Of a stretch of 64,000 nucleotides of DNA, positions 21,252-30,331 are shown piece after piece. The stretch lies in NCBI GenBank assembly GCA_963811165.1, contig CAWEQH010000004.1, positions 224,001-288,000 on the forward strand, read 5' to 3'. Position 1 is the first letter of the stretch; the number at the start of each line of letters is the position of its first letter. This DNA is from an uncultured Nitrospiraceae bacterium. Lineage in GTDB: Bacteria > Nitrospirota > Thermodesulfovibrionia > Thermodesulfovibrionales > UBA6898. Under the pieces are notes generated by a model. That model was not told where the DNA came from and did not search any database. It saw only the letters and a program-made list of their open reading frames with translations. The position numbers and the translations under genes are program-made.

Positions 21252-21434
21252 TTAATGACGTTCTTCGTGCTCATTGTGTCCTCCGCGCTCTTGCTCGCCA
21301 TGCCCTCCGCGTTCCTGCTCACCTTGCCTCCCACGGTCATGCTCATCGTACCCGCCGCGACGGTCCCAAAAACAGCCTGACAGGGTCGACATACACATAA
21401 GAAGCACAAGAGATGCTGCGATCTTCCTTATCAT
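21252..21434 (-). CDS. Small lipoprotein with G/H/E/R-rich disordered tail
   Basis: LSGC lipobox and GEQERGGH repeats. First gene after sigma54 promoter 1. Confidence 0.75.
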   Translation of the reverse strand: MIRKIAASLVLLMCMSTLSGCFWDRRGGYDEHDRGRQGEQERGGHGEQERGGHNEHEERH

Positions 21435-21486
21435 TTTTCTCTCCTTTCGATAAGAACATGCGTTGGTGTTTGCTATCGTATTGAAT

Positions 21487-21503
21487 AGCAGAATGTGTGC
21501 CGA
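21487..21503 (-). promoter_or_regulatory. sigma54 -24/-12 promoter, copy 1
   Basis: Minus strand TCGGCACACATTCTGCT (GG-N10-GC). Confidence 0.75.
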
Positions 21504-21601
21504 GCCGTTGTTGACAGGGCAGGAGTCTCTATGATGTTGAAAATATTGAACTTTCAGCGAAAGCTACGACATGGGAATGATACTGCGAGGAGTCCCGACT
21601 T

Positions 21602-21632
21602 CTGATATATCAGGAGACTCCTGATATATCAG
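21602..21632. promoter_or_regulatory. 31-bp double palindrome (putative enhancer/UAS), copy 1
   Basis: CTGATATATCAG GAGACTC CTGATATATCAG, starting 101 bp from the -24 GG. Confidence 0.8.
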
Positions 21633-21735
21633 GTATTCTTCTTGCTATTTCGATGCCCAGTCTTTGCATCCTCGATTCAAGCGTTATGGGATTGATGTCT
21701 AAAAACATCTGCAGCACCGTTCTTTCCGCCTATTC
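21629..21735 (-). pseudogene. Remnant of sigma54-activator C-terminal HTH
   Basis: Aligns to ~28468-28575. Reads IGGKNGAADV/(frameshift)LDINPITLESRMQRLGI versus VSGKGGAAEVLGINPKTLGSRMQKLGI in the intact gene. Confidence 0.85.
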
Positions 21736-23007
21736 CTACTTTTCCGTTAGTTGCATATAAACTAAAATCACGGCAGCAAAGGTCATAAGAACTAATGTCG
21801 CAAATCCAAGAATATTAGAAGTTTTTCCGTTTGTATTTTTGCCCATTATTTTTTTGTTGTTGGAAATGTGAAGAATGATTGCAATTAAGACAGGTGCAGT
21901 CAATCCATAAAGAATGGCTGAATAAATCAGCGCCTTAATTGGTGAAATACCAATGTAATTCAACGATAGCCCCAAGATTAGTGAAATGACGATGATGATA
22001 TAAAATGCTTTTGCGTTGTGAAATTTTTTATCCAGTCCTTCTTTCCAGCCAAATGTTTCGGTGATAATATAAGAAAGTGAACCACTCAGAACGGGAATGG
22101 CCAAAAGTCCGGTTCCGATGACACCGACGGCAAAAAGTATATATGCTGAATTTCCCGCTAATGGTTTCAATGCCTTGGCCGCTTGTTCAACGGTGTCAAT
22201 CTGATGAATACCCCCTTTAAATAATACCGACCCTGTCGTAAGAATGATAAAGAACATGACAAGATTTGAAAATAACATTCCGAAATCGACATCTTCTTGC
22301 ATGTCTTGCATTATTCTTTTGTTTACTATTAAATGTCTTTTCTTCTTTTTCATATCTTCTACTTCCATCGTTGCCTGCCAAAAGAAAAGATAGGGTGAGA
22401 TGGTAGTCCCAAGGATGGCAACAAGAATGCTGATAAAGTCCTTGTCAAACTTTATTGTCGGGATAAACGCGGCTTTCAAAACTGCTACCCAATCTTGTTT
22501 ATATAAAAAAGGAACAATCAGATAGACTAAAAGAACGATGCAGAGATATTTCAGAACAGCAGCAATTTTTTGATAAGGCAGATAAATAATTAACACTAAA
22601 AGGATGATGGTGAAAACAATGCTGAAATACGTTGCCTGAATGGAAGGGAACAATAGATTGCCTACTGCTCCCATTCCTGCAATGTCGGCGCCGATGTTCA
22701 TTACAATGGCAGGAAAACTAAACAACAGCATTAAATACAAAACAGGTTTTGAATAATAAGTTTTAAGCGTTCCTGCCAAACCGTGAGAAGTAACCAGGCC
22801 AATTCTCGCACACATTTCCTGAATGGAAGCCATGAGTGGAAATGTAATAAGTGCAGTCCAGAGAGTTGAAAGTCCGTATGCAGCACCTGCCTGTGAGTAG
22901 GTTGCAATGCCCGAAGGGTCATCATCGCTTGCGCCTGTAACAAGCCCGGGTCCAAGTATTTTCCAAAAACGAAATAGTCTATTGGAAGTATTTTTCTTAT
23001 TGTTCAT
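21736..23007 (-). CDS. NRAMP-family divalent metal transporter
   Basis: GPGLVTGASDDDPSGIATYSQAG and GTTISPYLFFWQ motifs, about 11 TM helices, visibly AT-rich. Confidence 0.92.
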   Translation of the reverse strand: MNNKKNTSNRLFRFWKILGPGLVTGASDDDPSGIATYSQAGAAYGLSTLWTALITFPLMASIQEMCARIGLVTSHGLAGTLKTYYSKPVLYLMLLFSFPAIVMNIGADIAGMGAVGNLLFPSIQATYFSIVFTIILLVLIIYLPYQKIAAVLKYLCIVLLVYLIVPFLYKQDWVAVLKAAFIPTIKFDKDFISILVAILGTTISPYLFFWQATMEVEDMKKKKRHLIVNKRIMQDMQEDVDFGMLFSNLVMFFIILTTGSVLFKGGIHQIDTVEQAAKALKPLAGNSAYILFAVGVIGTGLLAIPVLSGSLSYIITETFGWKEGLDKKFHNAKAFYIIIVISLILGLSLNYIGISPIKALIYSAILYGLTAPVLIAIILHISNNKKIMGKNTNGKTSNILGFATLVLMTFAAVILVYMQLTEK

Positions 23008-24278
23008 TATTCCCTCGAAGAGTCAGACATGTCCGCAGCCTCGGACGGACTGCTCTCCTCCTTCCGCCGATCGTCCGACATCTCGACGGCGATCGCAGCG
23101 GCCTGTTCCACAGGCACGCCCTCTGTACGGCGCTCGTACTCATTCTCAGCGCGCTCGTCACCGACGCGCTGCTCCACATCTGCAACCTGCTCCTGCTGAC
23201 CAGGAAGTTCGACGCGAAGCTCCTCTATGAGCATCATGATCGCTGCTGCGACAGGAAGCGCCAGAAGTGCGCCGAGGATCCCCATCAGCGTCCCTCCCGC
23301 AAGGAGCGCGATGAGAACGACGGACGACGGAAGGCGAAGAGACCGTCCATAAATGCGGGGAACGAGAACGCGGCTCTCGAACTCCTCGTACGCGAGCATG
23401 GTCAGCAGGACGACGGCCACGACGACCGGGCCACGCGGCAGCGCCGCAAGGACCATGGGTCCTATCGAGAGGAAGGCACCGATGTACGGCAGGACATCTG
23501 CAATGCCAGCAAACACCGCAAGCGCCATCGCGTATGGCACACCGCACGCCACCAGGAGGACGAACGAAAAGGCCGCAATGAGAAAGCACGTGATCAGCTG
23601 ACCGCGCATGTAAGCGCCGACGATCGTCTCCAGATTCATCATGACGCGGGCGAGGCGGATATGGTGCGAGCGGGGGACGACCGAGAAAAGCGCGCCACGA
23701 AGCCGGTCGCGGTCGATCATGATGTAGAGGGCGAGAAAGATGGCGCTCGCCCCGTATGCGGTGATCTCGAAGATGCGCATCGAGAAGTTGAAGGCCGTTG
23801 AGCTGATTGCTCTCAAAAGAGCGTCGTACTTGACGTTCCGCAGCCATTCCGCGAGCGGCGCTGTCAGGTTGGAGAGGGCGAGATAATCCGCAAGGCGTGC
23901 GCGAAACTCGGGTTCCTGCTCGACCAGCGCAGAGGCCTGCGTCACCAGCGACGGGATTGTCAGCGTCAAGGCCAGAGTCGCGGCGACGAAGAGGAGTGTG
24001 AAGACGACGGCGATCGCAAGGCTGCGTCTGACACGCCGCGCCTCCATCCAGCTGACGGCCGGACTCATCGTCCCGACGATGAGAAGAGCGATGACGAGCA
24101 CCAGAAAGACCGGCCAAAGCCGGACCAGCAGCCACAGACAGGCCACGACGAGGATGAGCTGGATCATCGTCGCAAACGATATCTCGAAACGCACCACACG
24201 CGTTTTCTTGCCCGCCGAAGGCTGGCGCTCAGAGAGCGGCGGAACACCGGCCGCACCGGGCTTGATTTCTTTTTTCAC
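23007..24278 (-). CDS. AI-2E family transporter
   Basis: YMRGQL, LPYIG, ESRVLVPRIYG...L.LP, GILGALLALPVAA motifs. Visibly GC-rich. Confidence 0.9.
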   Translation of the reverse strand: MKKEIKPGAAGVPPLSERQPSAGKKTRVVRFEISFATMIQLILVVACLWLLVRLWPVFLVLVIALLIVGTMSPAVSWMEARRVRRSLAIAVVFTLLFVAATLALTLTIPSLVTQASALVEQEPEFRARLADYLALSNLTAPLAEWLRNVKYDALLRAISSTAFNFSMRIFEITAYGASAIFLALYIMIDRDRLRGALFSVVPRSHHIRLARVMMNLETIVGAYMRGQLITCFLIAAFSFVLLVACGVPYAMALAVFAGIADVLPYIGAFLSIGPMVLAALPRGPVVVAVVLLTMLAYEEFESRVLVPRIYGRSLRLPSSVVLIALLAGGTLMGILGALLALPVAAAIMMLIEELRVELPGQQEQVADVEQRVGDERAENEYERRTEGVPVEQAAAIAVEMSDDRRKEESSPSEAADMSDSSRE

Positions 24279-24318
24279 GTTCTCTTCCTCCGCGTCACGG
24301 TTGCCCAGCGAGCCCGGA

Positions 24319-24369
24319 TCACTCGTCCCTCAGGGCCTAGATCGGATTCAGCGCTGCTGGCTTCCGGGC
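24319..24369 (-). pseudogene. C-terminal scrap of a MacB/FtsX-type ABC permease
   Basis: Translates ARKPAALNPI*ALRDE*, resembling the ARKAA.L.PIEALR.E C-terminus, with an in-frame stop. Confidence 0.55.
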
Positions 24370-24370
24370 C

Positions 24371-24775
24371 TCAGGCTCCAGTAACCCAGCGATGTGCTGC
24401 AACCTCTGCGGCATCAGCGTCGGCTTTTGTCTTATGGACCGTTCCGTCAGGATGATTCGGAGGAGTGTAAATCGTGTATAGTTTGAGAGGTTTGTCTGAA
24501 GATGCATTGATTACATTATGGTATGTGCCGGCAGGCACCACAACCGCATCACCATCACCTATAACATGTTCCTCCTTGCCGTCAAAGACAAACTTAGCCT
24601 TGCCTTCTTCTACCCGGAAGAACTGATCAACGTTCTGGTGTACTTCGTTTCCGATTTCTTCCTTGGGCTGCAAACACATCACCACAAGCTGGCTATGCTT
24701 GCCCGTAAATAACACCTGCCGAAAATAACCGTTCTGGAGGGTTGTTTGCTCAATTGGTCCAACATAGGGTTTCAT
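24371..24775 (-). CDS. Cupin-domain protein
   Basis: FRQVLFTG..SQLVVM, EIGNEVH..VDQFF, VPAGTYHNV, YTPPNH. Confidence 0.92.
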   Translation of the reverse strand: MKPYVGPIEQTTLQNGYFRQVLFTGKHSQLVVMCLQPKEEIGNEVHQNVDQFFRVEEGKAKFVFDGKEEHVIGDGDAVVVPAGTYHNVINASSDKPLKLYTIYTPPNHPDGTVHKTKADADAAEVAAHRWVTGA

Positions 24776-24858
24776 TGTCCATGCCTCCTTTTTTTAAAAA
24801 AAGAATGGTTTCCATTCTCATGGCTTTTCTTTTCGAAGATTTATTCCATACTATTTAC

Positions 24859-24875
24859 AGCATGAGTTGTGCCAA
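24859..24875 (-). promoter_or_regulatory. sigma54 -24/-12 promoter, copy 2
   Basis: Minus strand TTGGCACAACTCATGCT. Confidence 0.82.
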
Positions 24876-24973
24876 TACCGGTAATGAAATAAAGGGTTCT
24901 CTAAGACCGTGAAAACATTGAACCTTCAGAGAAGACTACGATGGGGAAACGATACGGTGAAAGGTGCTGCCTT

Positions 24974-25004
24974 CTGATATATCAGGAGACTCCTGATATA
25001 TCAG
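24974..25004. promoter_or_regulatory. 31-bp double palindrome (putative enhancer/UAS), copy 2
   Basis: Identical to copy 1, 101 bp from the -24 GG. Confidence 0.8.
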
Positions 25005-25057
25005 GCATTCTTACTTATTCGGATGCCCAGTCTTTGCATCCTCTATTCAAGCGTTAT
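25001..25057 (-). pseudogene. Shorter remnant of sigma54-activator 3' end
   Basis: Reads ITLE*RMQRLGIRISKNA*, homologous to the activator tail KTLGSRMQKLGIQREKKNT*. Confidence 0.8.
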
Positions 25058-25163
25058 CGCGGCGCCCTTTTGTTTTCTCGTATACCACGGTCAATCAGCC
25101 GTAACCGGGGGAGAGTCAAAATAGACTCTTGATAAAATGAGTAATTTATTGTCCCCTGTAATA

Positions 25164-25319
25164 TTACCTGCCAATTAGGATAAAGGCGCCGGCAGCAATA
25201 GCGAGAATATCCAGCAAAGTACGTATCGTGAGAATTCCGCCTCCCAGCAGACCCGTCAGGCCGATCAAGATGAGCCAGATTCCCAGCAAAAGCATTCCAA
25301 TATTCTTTGTCACTGTCAT
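25164..25319 (-). CDS. Small two-TM membrane protein (51 aa, not in ORF track)
   Basis: MTVTKNIGMLLLGIWLILIGLTGLLGGGILTIRTLLDILAIAAGAFILIGR, with GGAGGTG RBS. Confidence 0.8.
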   Translation of the reverse strand: MTVTKNIGMLLLGIWLILIGLTGLLGGGILTIRTLLDILAIAAGAFILIGR

Positions 25320-25485
25320 GTTATTCACCTCCTAAAATAAATATATTTCGACCATGTCATCTTATGTGACTGGCTTACCTAACCTTTAATTAATTTATAC
25401 ACCAAAGAGCACGATTCGCCAACAGTTCGAGAAAAATTGTGACAAATGGTTTTTTCTTGCTACACTGAAAATATATTTGCTAACC

Positions 25486-25535
25486 CTCTTTTACAGGGAT
25501 AGGCAAAGCGCCTTTGCCTGTCCCTGGTAGAAGAG
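25486..25535. repeat. REP-like imperfect inverted repeat
   Basis: CTCTTTTAC-AGGGATAGGCAAAG-CGC-CTTTGCCTGTCCCT-GGTAGAAGAG. Confidence 0.6.
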
Positions 25536-25660
25536 TTTCCCGAGTGAAAGAGGCGCGTAACTGCATGATAAGAGTCGGGCCCGACATGGCGCTGAGCATG
25601 GCACCGCCAGAAATTCCCGCATGGCTTGCTCCAGGCGGCGAGCGAGCCCATCTATCCTGA

Positions 25661-27418
25661 TCAGTGACGGTCAGCACCGCGCCACTCAACAGCTCCGAAC
25701 CCAGGCTTGCCAAGCAAAGTGTAAACGAGGCTGACGGTCCCCGTCGTCTGGTGACTGGCAGCCCGGTCGGGATATCGCGCATCTCGTGAGGACGCGATGT
25801 ATTGGATCCCGAGGGCGTGACGTCCGTAAATGCGAACGGCAAACCCCGTGTTCAAGCGCTCGATGGTCTCCCTTCCCCCCGGGTCCGCGCCACCCACGCC
25901 AGTCACATAATATGCGCGTCCCGTTAAGTCGAACATGGCCCTGTCGCCAAGGATGAGGCGGAGCCCAAGGAGCCCCTGCGGGGCGACGCCGTAGTGGTAG
26001 TCGCGTTCACCCACTTGGGTGACATTACCTGCCGCACCGTACCCGACACCCCCGAGGACCGAGCCCTGGAGCGCTACCGCTCGCGCGAGCCACCATTGAA
26101 AGGTCGTACCGAGAGAGACGGAGGTGCTTGACACGCGGAAGATGTGCGGCGATATATAGTCATAGCCGCCATAGAGGCCCCATATCCCGCGATAGGAATT
26201 GCCGGCCTCGTAGTCCTTTCCGAGGAGGAGGCCCCGGATCATGACGTCATCAAAAGGGTTACGTGCGTTGCCGAGGCTGATGAACTCAAAATGGAAGTAG
26301 TCGAAAGGACGCGTGTAGTTATAGCCGGGCTTCCCGGGAAGCCCGTAGGCCATGGAGAAGTCCGCTGTCGCCTCGGTCTTTTCACCGGTGCCGGAGCCGC
26401 CCAGGTTATTCAGATGCGAATTCAGGCTTGCGCCGAGCTGCAGGCGCCAGAAGGTGGCCGGATTGTGGCTGGGAAAGACGGGCTTGAACCGGTCTCCAAA
26501 GACAAGGCGATTGAAACCCGTTGGTGGTGAGAGCACCGCCGCGCCCAGCTCGCGCCAGAGCCCGGGTTTGTCGCCATCGCCCTCGAGCACCAGGCTGGCC
26601 ATCCGGAAGAGCACCTCCCCGAAGAAGCTCCCGCCAATGCCGCTGGCGATCTGGTCATTGATGGATGGGTGCGTGGTCTCTCCTCCCGTTTCCCATAGAA
26701 AGCTGCCTGCGTTGCTGTAGAGGAGCGACTCCCAGTAGTTAAGACCCGCCGATCGCGCGAATCCATGATAAATGGATCCCTGATATGGATGCGCGAACTG
26801 GTTCATGGCGAAGGAGTCCTGATCAACTCCCCAAGAGCCGTGAAGGATGTGGTCCCGGAAGGTTGACAGGTTCGTGTCGTAGACTTTTTTCCCTCCCTCT
26901 ACAGAGTTAGAGTAGGCGAGCCGGTCGTACCCGTTGAGGAGAAGGATGAAGCCCGGGATTTCGAGGGCTGGGATGAGGTAGCTCCTGCGTGTCCCCCTCT
27001 CCCAAGACAGGGCCGATGTCGGCGCCTCAGGCTTTTCCTTCACCCACGCTTCCCCGCCCATAGAGATATTTACGGTCCGGTTCGGGTTCATATCGGAAAG
27101 CTCGATCGCATCCGGTGCCGACATATCCCTATATCCAGGGTTTGACGCTTCAAGGGTATAATTCCCAGGGGCTGGAATACCCACTGAATAGTTACCCAAC
27201 GCATCAGTAGTCCCTGTTCCTGCCAACTTACCGGTGCTTACATCTTTTACCGTGAAGATTACCCCTTGAATGTCCTGATTGTTTAACCTTACCGAACCTG
27301 AGATACCGCCTCCTTGGGCAAAGGCCGGGCTACTAACAGTGATTACTATACCCACGTGAAACGCCACAAGAATCGCCTTAAATATTTTTCTCGCACGGTA
27401 TAAGATTTCCTCAAACAT
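25661..27418 (-). CDS. DUF3943-domain outer-membrane protein with N-terminal carboxypeptidase-regulatory-like domain
   Basis: Signal peptide, TTDALGNYSV..PGNYTLEASNPGY, NQFAHPYQG...ARSAG...WE...PSINDQ, beta-rich C-terminus. Confidence 0.78.
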   Translation of the reverse strand: MFEEILYRARKIFKAILVAFHVGIVITVSSPAFAQGGGISGSVRLNNQDIQGVIFTVKDVSTGKLAGTGTTDALGNYSVGIPAPGNYTLEASNPGYRDMSAPDAIELSDMNPNRTVNISMGGEAWVKEKPEAPTSALSWERGTRRSYLIPALEIPGFILLLNGYDRLAYSNSVEGGKKVYDTNLSTFRDHILHGSWGVDQDSFAMNQFAHPYQGSIYHGFARSAGLNYWESLLYSNAGSFLWETGGETTHPSINDQIASGIGGSFFGEVLFRMASLVLEGDGDKPGLWRELGAAVLSPPTGFNRLVFGDRFKPVFPSHNPATFWRLQLGASLNSHLNNLGGSGTGEKTEATADFSMAYGLPGKPGYNYTRPFDYFHFEFISLGNARNPFDDVMIRGLLLGKDYEAGNSYRGIWGLYGGYDYISPHIFRVSSTSVSLGTTFQWWLARAVALQGSVLGGVGYGAAGNVTQVGERDYHYGVAPQGLLGLRLILGDRAMFDLTGRAYYVTGVGGADPGGRETIERLNTGFAVRIYGRHALGIQYIASSRDARYPDRAASHQTTGTVSLVYTLLGKPGFGAVEWRGADRH

Positions 27419-27525
27419 ATTCCTACGCTTTCTCCTTCCGCCATTACCGTCAATCCCATATATGCGACATGGTAATTATTGCGTTATGGTATTGTTATTT
27501 CCTTACAGTCCCTAACCATAATTCA

Positions 27526-27554
27526 GGAGGGGGCGACAAGTATTCACCCCCTCC
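27526..27554 (-). terminator. Putative terminator hairpin after CHRD gene
   Basis: GGAGGGGG...CCCCCTCC inverted repeat. Confidence 0.45.
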
Positions 27555-27582
27555 GAATATCATCAAGGACCGGTAATCGGTC

Positions 27583-28044
27583 TTATTTGATCTGCCCGCG
27601 TATCTCTCCGTTGGGATACTTATCCGTGTGAACATTAAGGTAGGCATTCCCCTTCTTTATTTGCTTAAAGAGATCTTCTACGGATTTGCCCATCATTGGC
27701 CCCATCAGTTCCTTTTTGGTAATAGTGCCCTCGGCGAGTGTGCCGCTGAATTTACCGGCTTTTTTATCGTTGGTAATAACAGCCACAGGCGGACCGTTTT
27801 CGCCCTTTTTCCCCAGATGGATATGTGCAGCGGTCACATTTTCGATATCGGAAACCGTTACATAGTAACTCAGTGCTTTTTCGTCTTTGATGAGTGTAAA
27901 AGAGGCATCGCCCTTCGCCATTGTCTCTACCGCGGGAACACTTTCGCTCCCTGATAGAATTGCCTTGAAGCTCTTGTCCTTTGCAAAGCTGGATGTTGCG
28001 AGGCCAACGACTAACAAGAATATGATCAAATACAGTTTTTTCAT
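27583..28044 (-). CDS. CHRD-domain protein
   Basis: LSGSESVP, AAHIHLG..GENGP, YLNVHT..YPNGEIRGQI. Confidence 0.92.
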   Translation of the reverse strand: MKKLYLIIFLLVVGLATSSFAKDKSFKAILSGSESVPAVETMAKGDASFTLIKDEKALSYYVTVSDIENVTAAHIHLGKKGENGPPVAVITNDKKAGKFSGTLAEGTITKKELMGPMMGKSVEDLFKQIKKGNAYLNVHTDKYPNGEIRGQIK

Positions 28045-28100
28045 AATTATCCTCCGTTTTATTTTCAAGGTGTGTTTAGATGCATACGTCCGCAAGCGGT

Positions 28101-28271
28101 CTACTGAACTTCGCCTGCGGGCATGGACTCTAATCTGCTTATCAGACCCGTGAGTGTCTTTTTCTCAATTTTGACGCCTTTTTCTTCGCCCATCTTCTCT
28201 ACTTCTTTCTGATAATGCTGCAGGGCGGTCATTATCGCAACAGCCTCGGAATTATTCAATTTCAGATTCAT
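28101..28271 (-). CDS. Small helical hypothetical protein (56 aa, not in ORF track)
   Basis: MNLKLNNSEAVAIMTALQHYQKEVEKMGEEKGVKIEKKTLTGLISRLESMPAGEVQ, with AGGAG RBS. First gene after sigma54 promoter 3. Confidence 0.7.
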   Translation of the reverse strand: MNLKLNNSEAVAIMTALQHYQKEVEKMGEEKGVKIEKKTLTGLISRLESMPAGEVQ

Positions 28272-28324
28272 CGTATTACTCTCCTTTCTCTTCGAACGTT
28301 TTATTTATTACACACTAGTTTAAA

Positions 28325-28341
28325 AGCATACGTTGTGCCAA
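28325..28341 (-). promoter_or_regulatory. sigma54 -24/-12 promoter, copy 3
   Basis: Minus strand TTGGCACAACGTATGCT. Confidence 0.82.
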
Positions 28342-28440
28342 GACCTGTGTTGAGAGAAAGGGTTCTCTAGGACTTTGAAATCATTGGAACTTCAGCGACG
28401 GCTACGATAAGGGGAATGATACTTTGAAAGGTGCTGCCTT

Positions 28441-28471
28441 CTGGTATATCAGGAGACTCCTGATATATCAG
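28441..28471. promoter_or_regulatory. 31-bp double palindrome, copy 3 (1 mismatch), overlapping the activator stop codon
   Basis: CTGGTATATCAG GAGACTC CTGATATATCAG. The activator TGA is at 28468-28470. Starts 102 bp from the -24 GG. Confidence 0.8.
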
Positions 28472-30099
28472 GTATTCTTCTTTTCTCTTTGGATGCCCAG
28501 TTTTTGCATTCTCGATCCAAGCGTCTTTGGATTGATGCCTAAAACCTCTGCTGCACCGCCCTTGCCGCTTACCCGCCAGCCCGTGGTGTTCAGCGTTTCG
28601 ATAATCTGCTGTTTCTCTGCCTCCTCGAGGGTTCTCAACTGGCCTGTCTTTGATTCCTCAATCTTAGGTACATCCACATGAAGCACCGGTCCGGTGGCTA
28701 TGATCATCGCACGCTCAATAATGTTCCTCAGTTCCCTTATGTTGCCCGGCCAGGGATAGGTTTGCAGGGTTTCAACGCCCTTCTGCGGTATCGATTCGAT
28801 CCGCTTGCCCATCCTCTTGCCGAAGTCCTGAACAAAAGACCATACAAGCGGCAATATGTCCTCCCGACGCTCACGAAGAGGCGGCACGATAATCTGAAAA
28901 ACGTTCAAACGGTAGTAAAGGTCTTCCCGGAATCCGCCCTTGCTGACCAACCCGGCAAGATCGCGGTTCGTCGCTGAAATGATTCTGACGTCGACCTTCA
29001 CGGTCCGGGGGCTGCCCAGGCGCTCAAACTCACCGCTCTCCAGTACCCGAAGCAGCTTGGCCTGGAGCTCAAGCGGCAGGGCGTCTATCTCATCCAGGAA
29101 AATCGTTGAAGCATCCGCAAGCTCAAAACGGCCTATTTGCTTCGATAGCGCACCGGTATAAGCGCCTTTCTCGCGGCCGAAGAGTTCACTTTCGATGAGG
29201 GTCGGAGGCAGGGCGGCACAGTTGACTTTAATCATAAGCCGCCCCTTGCGGGCACTCAGGCCATGGATCGCATGAGCGAGCAGTTCCTTTCCTGTTCCCG
29301 TCTCCCCCTGGATCAAAACCGTCGAGTCTGTCGGCGCCACTTGTTCTATCTGCTTCAAAACGGTCCTGATCGCTTCACTGTTGCCAACAATATCCTTATG
29401 TGAGTGTATCAGATTAATTTCTTCCCGAAGGTAGAGATTCTCCTCACGCAATTTGCTTTTTAGCTCCCTGATTTCGATAAGCGTTCCCCGGAGTGACTCC
29501 TCTGCCTTCTTGCGTTCCTCAATTTCCCTCAGGAGCTGCTGGTTTGCTTCGACTAAATCTTCAGTCCGTTCCTTCACGCGCAGGTCCATCTCATCATATG
29601 CCTTCCGGAGCGCCTCCTCTGCCTGTTTGCGCAGAGTGATGTCGCGGATGTTGCACTGGATAATTTTCTCCTTATCGACGAGGTAGACATTACTGACAAA
29701 TTCGACATCGATGAGATGACCATCTTTTGTTTCAAGCGGCAAATGTTCGTACCGCACATAACCTTTCGTCTGCAATTCTGTAAATCGGAGTTTGGATGCT
29801 GCGATGTCGCTGAAAGGCCCGATTTCCCAAAGTTTCTTCCCCAGAAAATCCTTATGCGAGTAGCCCAGCATCTCTAACAGGAATGGGTTAATGTCGAGGA
29901 TCTGTCCCGTGTCTGCATCGAGAAGAACTATCCCGTCTTGAGCGGTTTCAAAGAGCCTCCGGTAACGGGTTTCCGATCTCTTCAGCGCCTCATCTGCCTT
30001 CCTGCATTTGGCTGCTTCTGCTCCCAAATCCTCAATAGACTGATGCGGTTCTGCCGATTCATTTATCCGTTGCTCTTTTGTTTTGTCTTTATAATTCAT
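28468..30099 (-). CDS. sigma54-dependent enhancer-binding protein (PAS-coiled coil-AAA+-Fis HTH)
   Basis: PAS domain, GETGTGKE, ESELFG.EKGAYTGA, FLDEI, FREDLYYRL, WPGNIREL, C-terminal HTH. Confidence 0.95.
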   Translation of the reverse strand: MNYKDKTKEQRINESAEPHQSIEDLGAEAAKCRKADEALKRSETRYRRLFETAQDGIVLLDADTGQILDINPFLLEMLGYSHKDFLGKKLWEIGPFSDIAASKLRFTELQTKGYVRYEHLPLETKDGHLIDVEFVSNVYLVDKEKIIQCNIRDITLRKQAEEALRKAYDEMDLRVKERTEDLVEANQQLLREIEERKKAEESLRGTLIEIRELKSKLREENLYLREEINLIHSHKDIVGNSEAIRTVLKQIEQVAPTDSTVLIQGETGTGKELLAHAIHGLSARKGRLMIKVNCAALPPTLIESELFGREKGAYTGALSKQIGRFELADASTIFLDEIDALPLELQAKLLRVLESGEFERLGSPRTVKVDVRIISATNRDLAGLVSKGGFREDLYYRLNVFQIIVPPLRERREDILPLVWSFVQDFGKRMGKRIESIPQKGVETLQTYPWPGNIRELRNIIERAMIIATGPVLHVDVPKIEESKTGQLRTLEEAEKQQIIETLNTTGWRVSGKGGAAEVLGINPKTLGSRMQKLGIQREKKNT

Positions 30100-30331
30100 A
30101 TATATATTTTGTCAAGAGACTTATCGCCTGTCAATTCTCAGCGGAATGGCTCAATCTAAAACGGGAAGTGCCGCGCTCTTTTCCTATCTCAAATGAAATG
30201 GTACTTCTATATTAGAGGTGATGTCAAATATATATATATATCAAAACCTTCTTGTTAATCTGACCATTTTTGAAAGGTCATGAAGGATGAACATTGTGGA
30301 ACCAATAAAGAAATGGTAAGCTTGTTTAGAG

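Noticed and set aside
23158..24135. 325-aa alternative-frame ORF inside AI-2E
   Set aside because: Arg/Pro-rich off-frame product expected from GC-rich DNA.
25110..25156. GAGTC-AAAATA-GACTC hairpin and TTGTCCCC next to the end of activator remnant 2 as a mobile-element scar
   Set aside because: Too short, single copy, and no target duplication or transposase visible.
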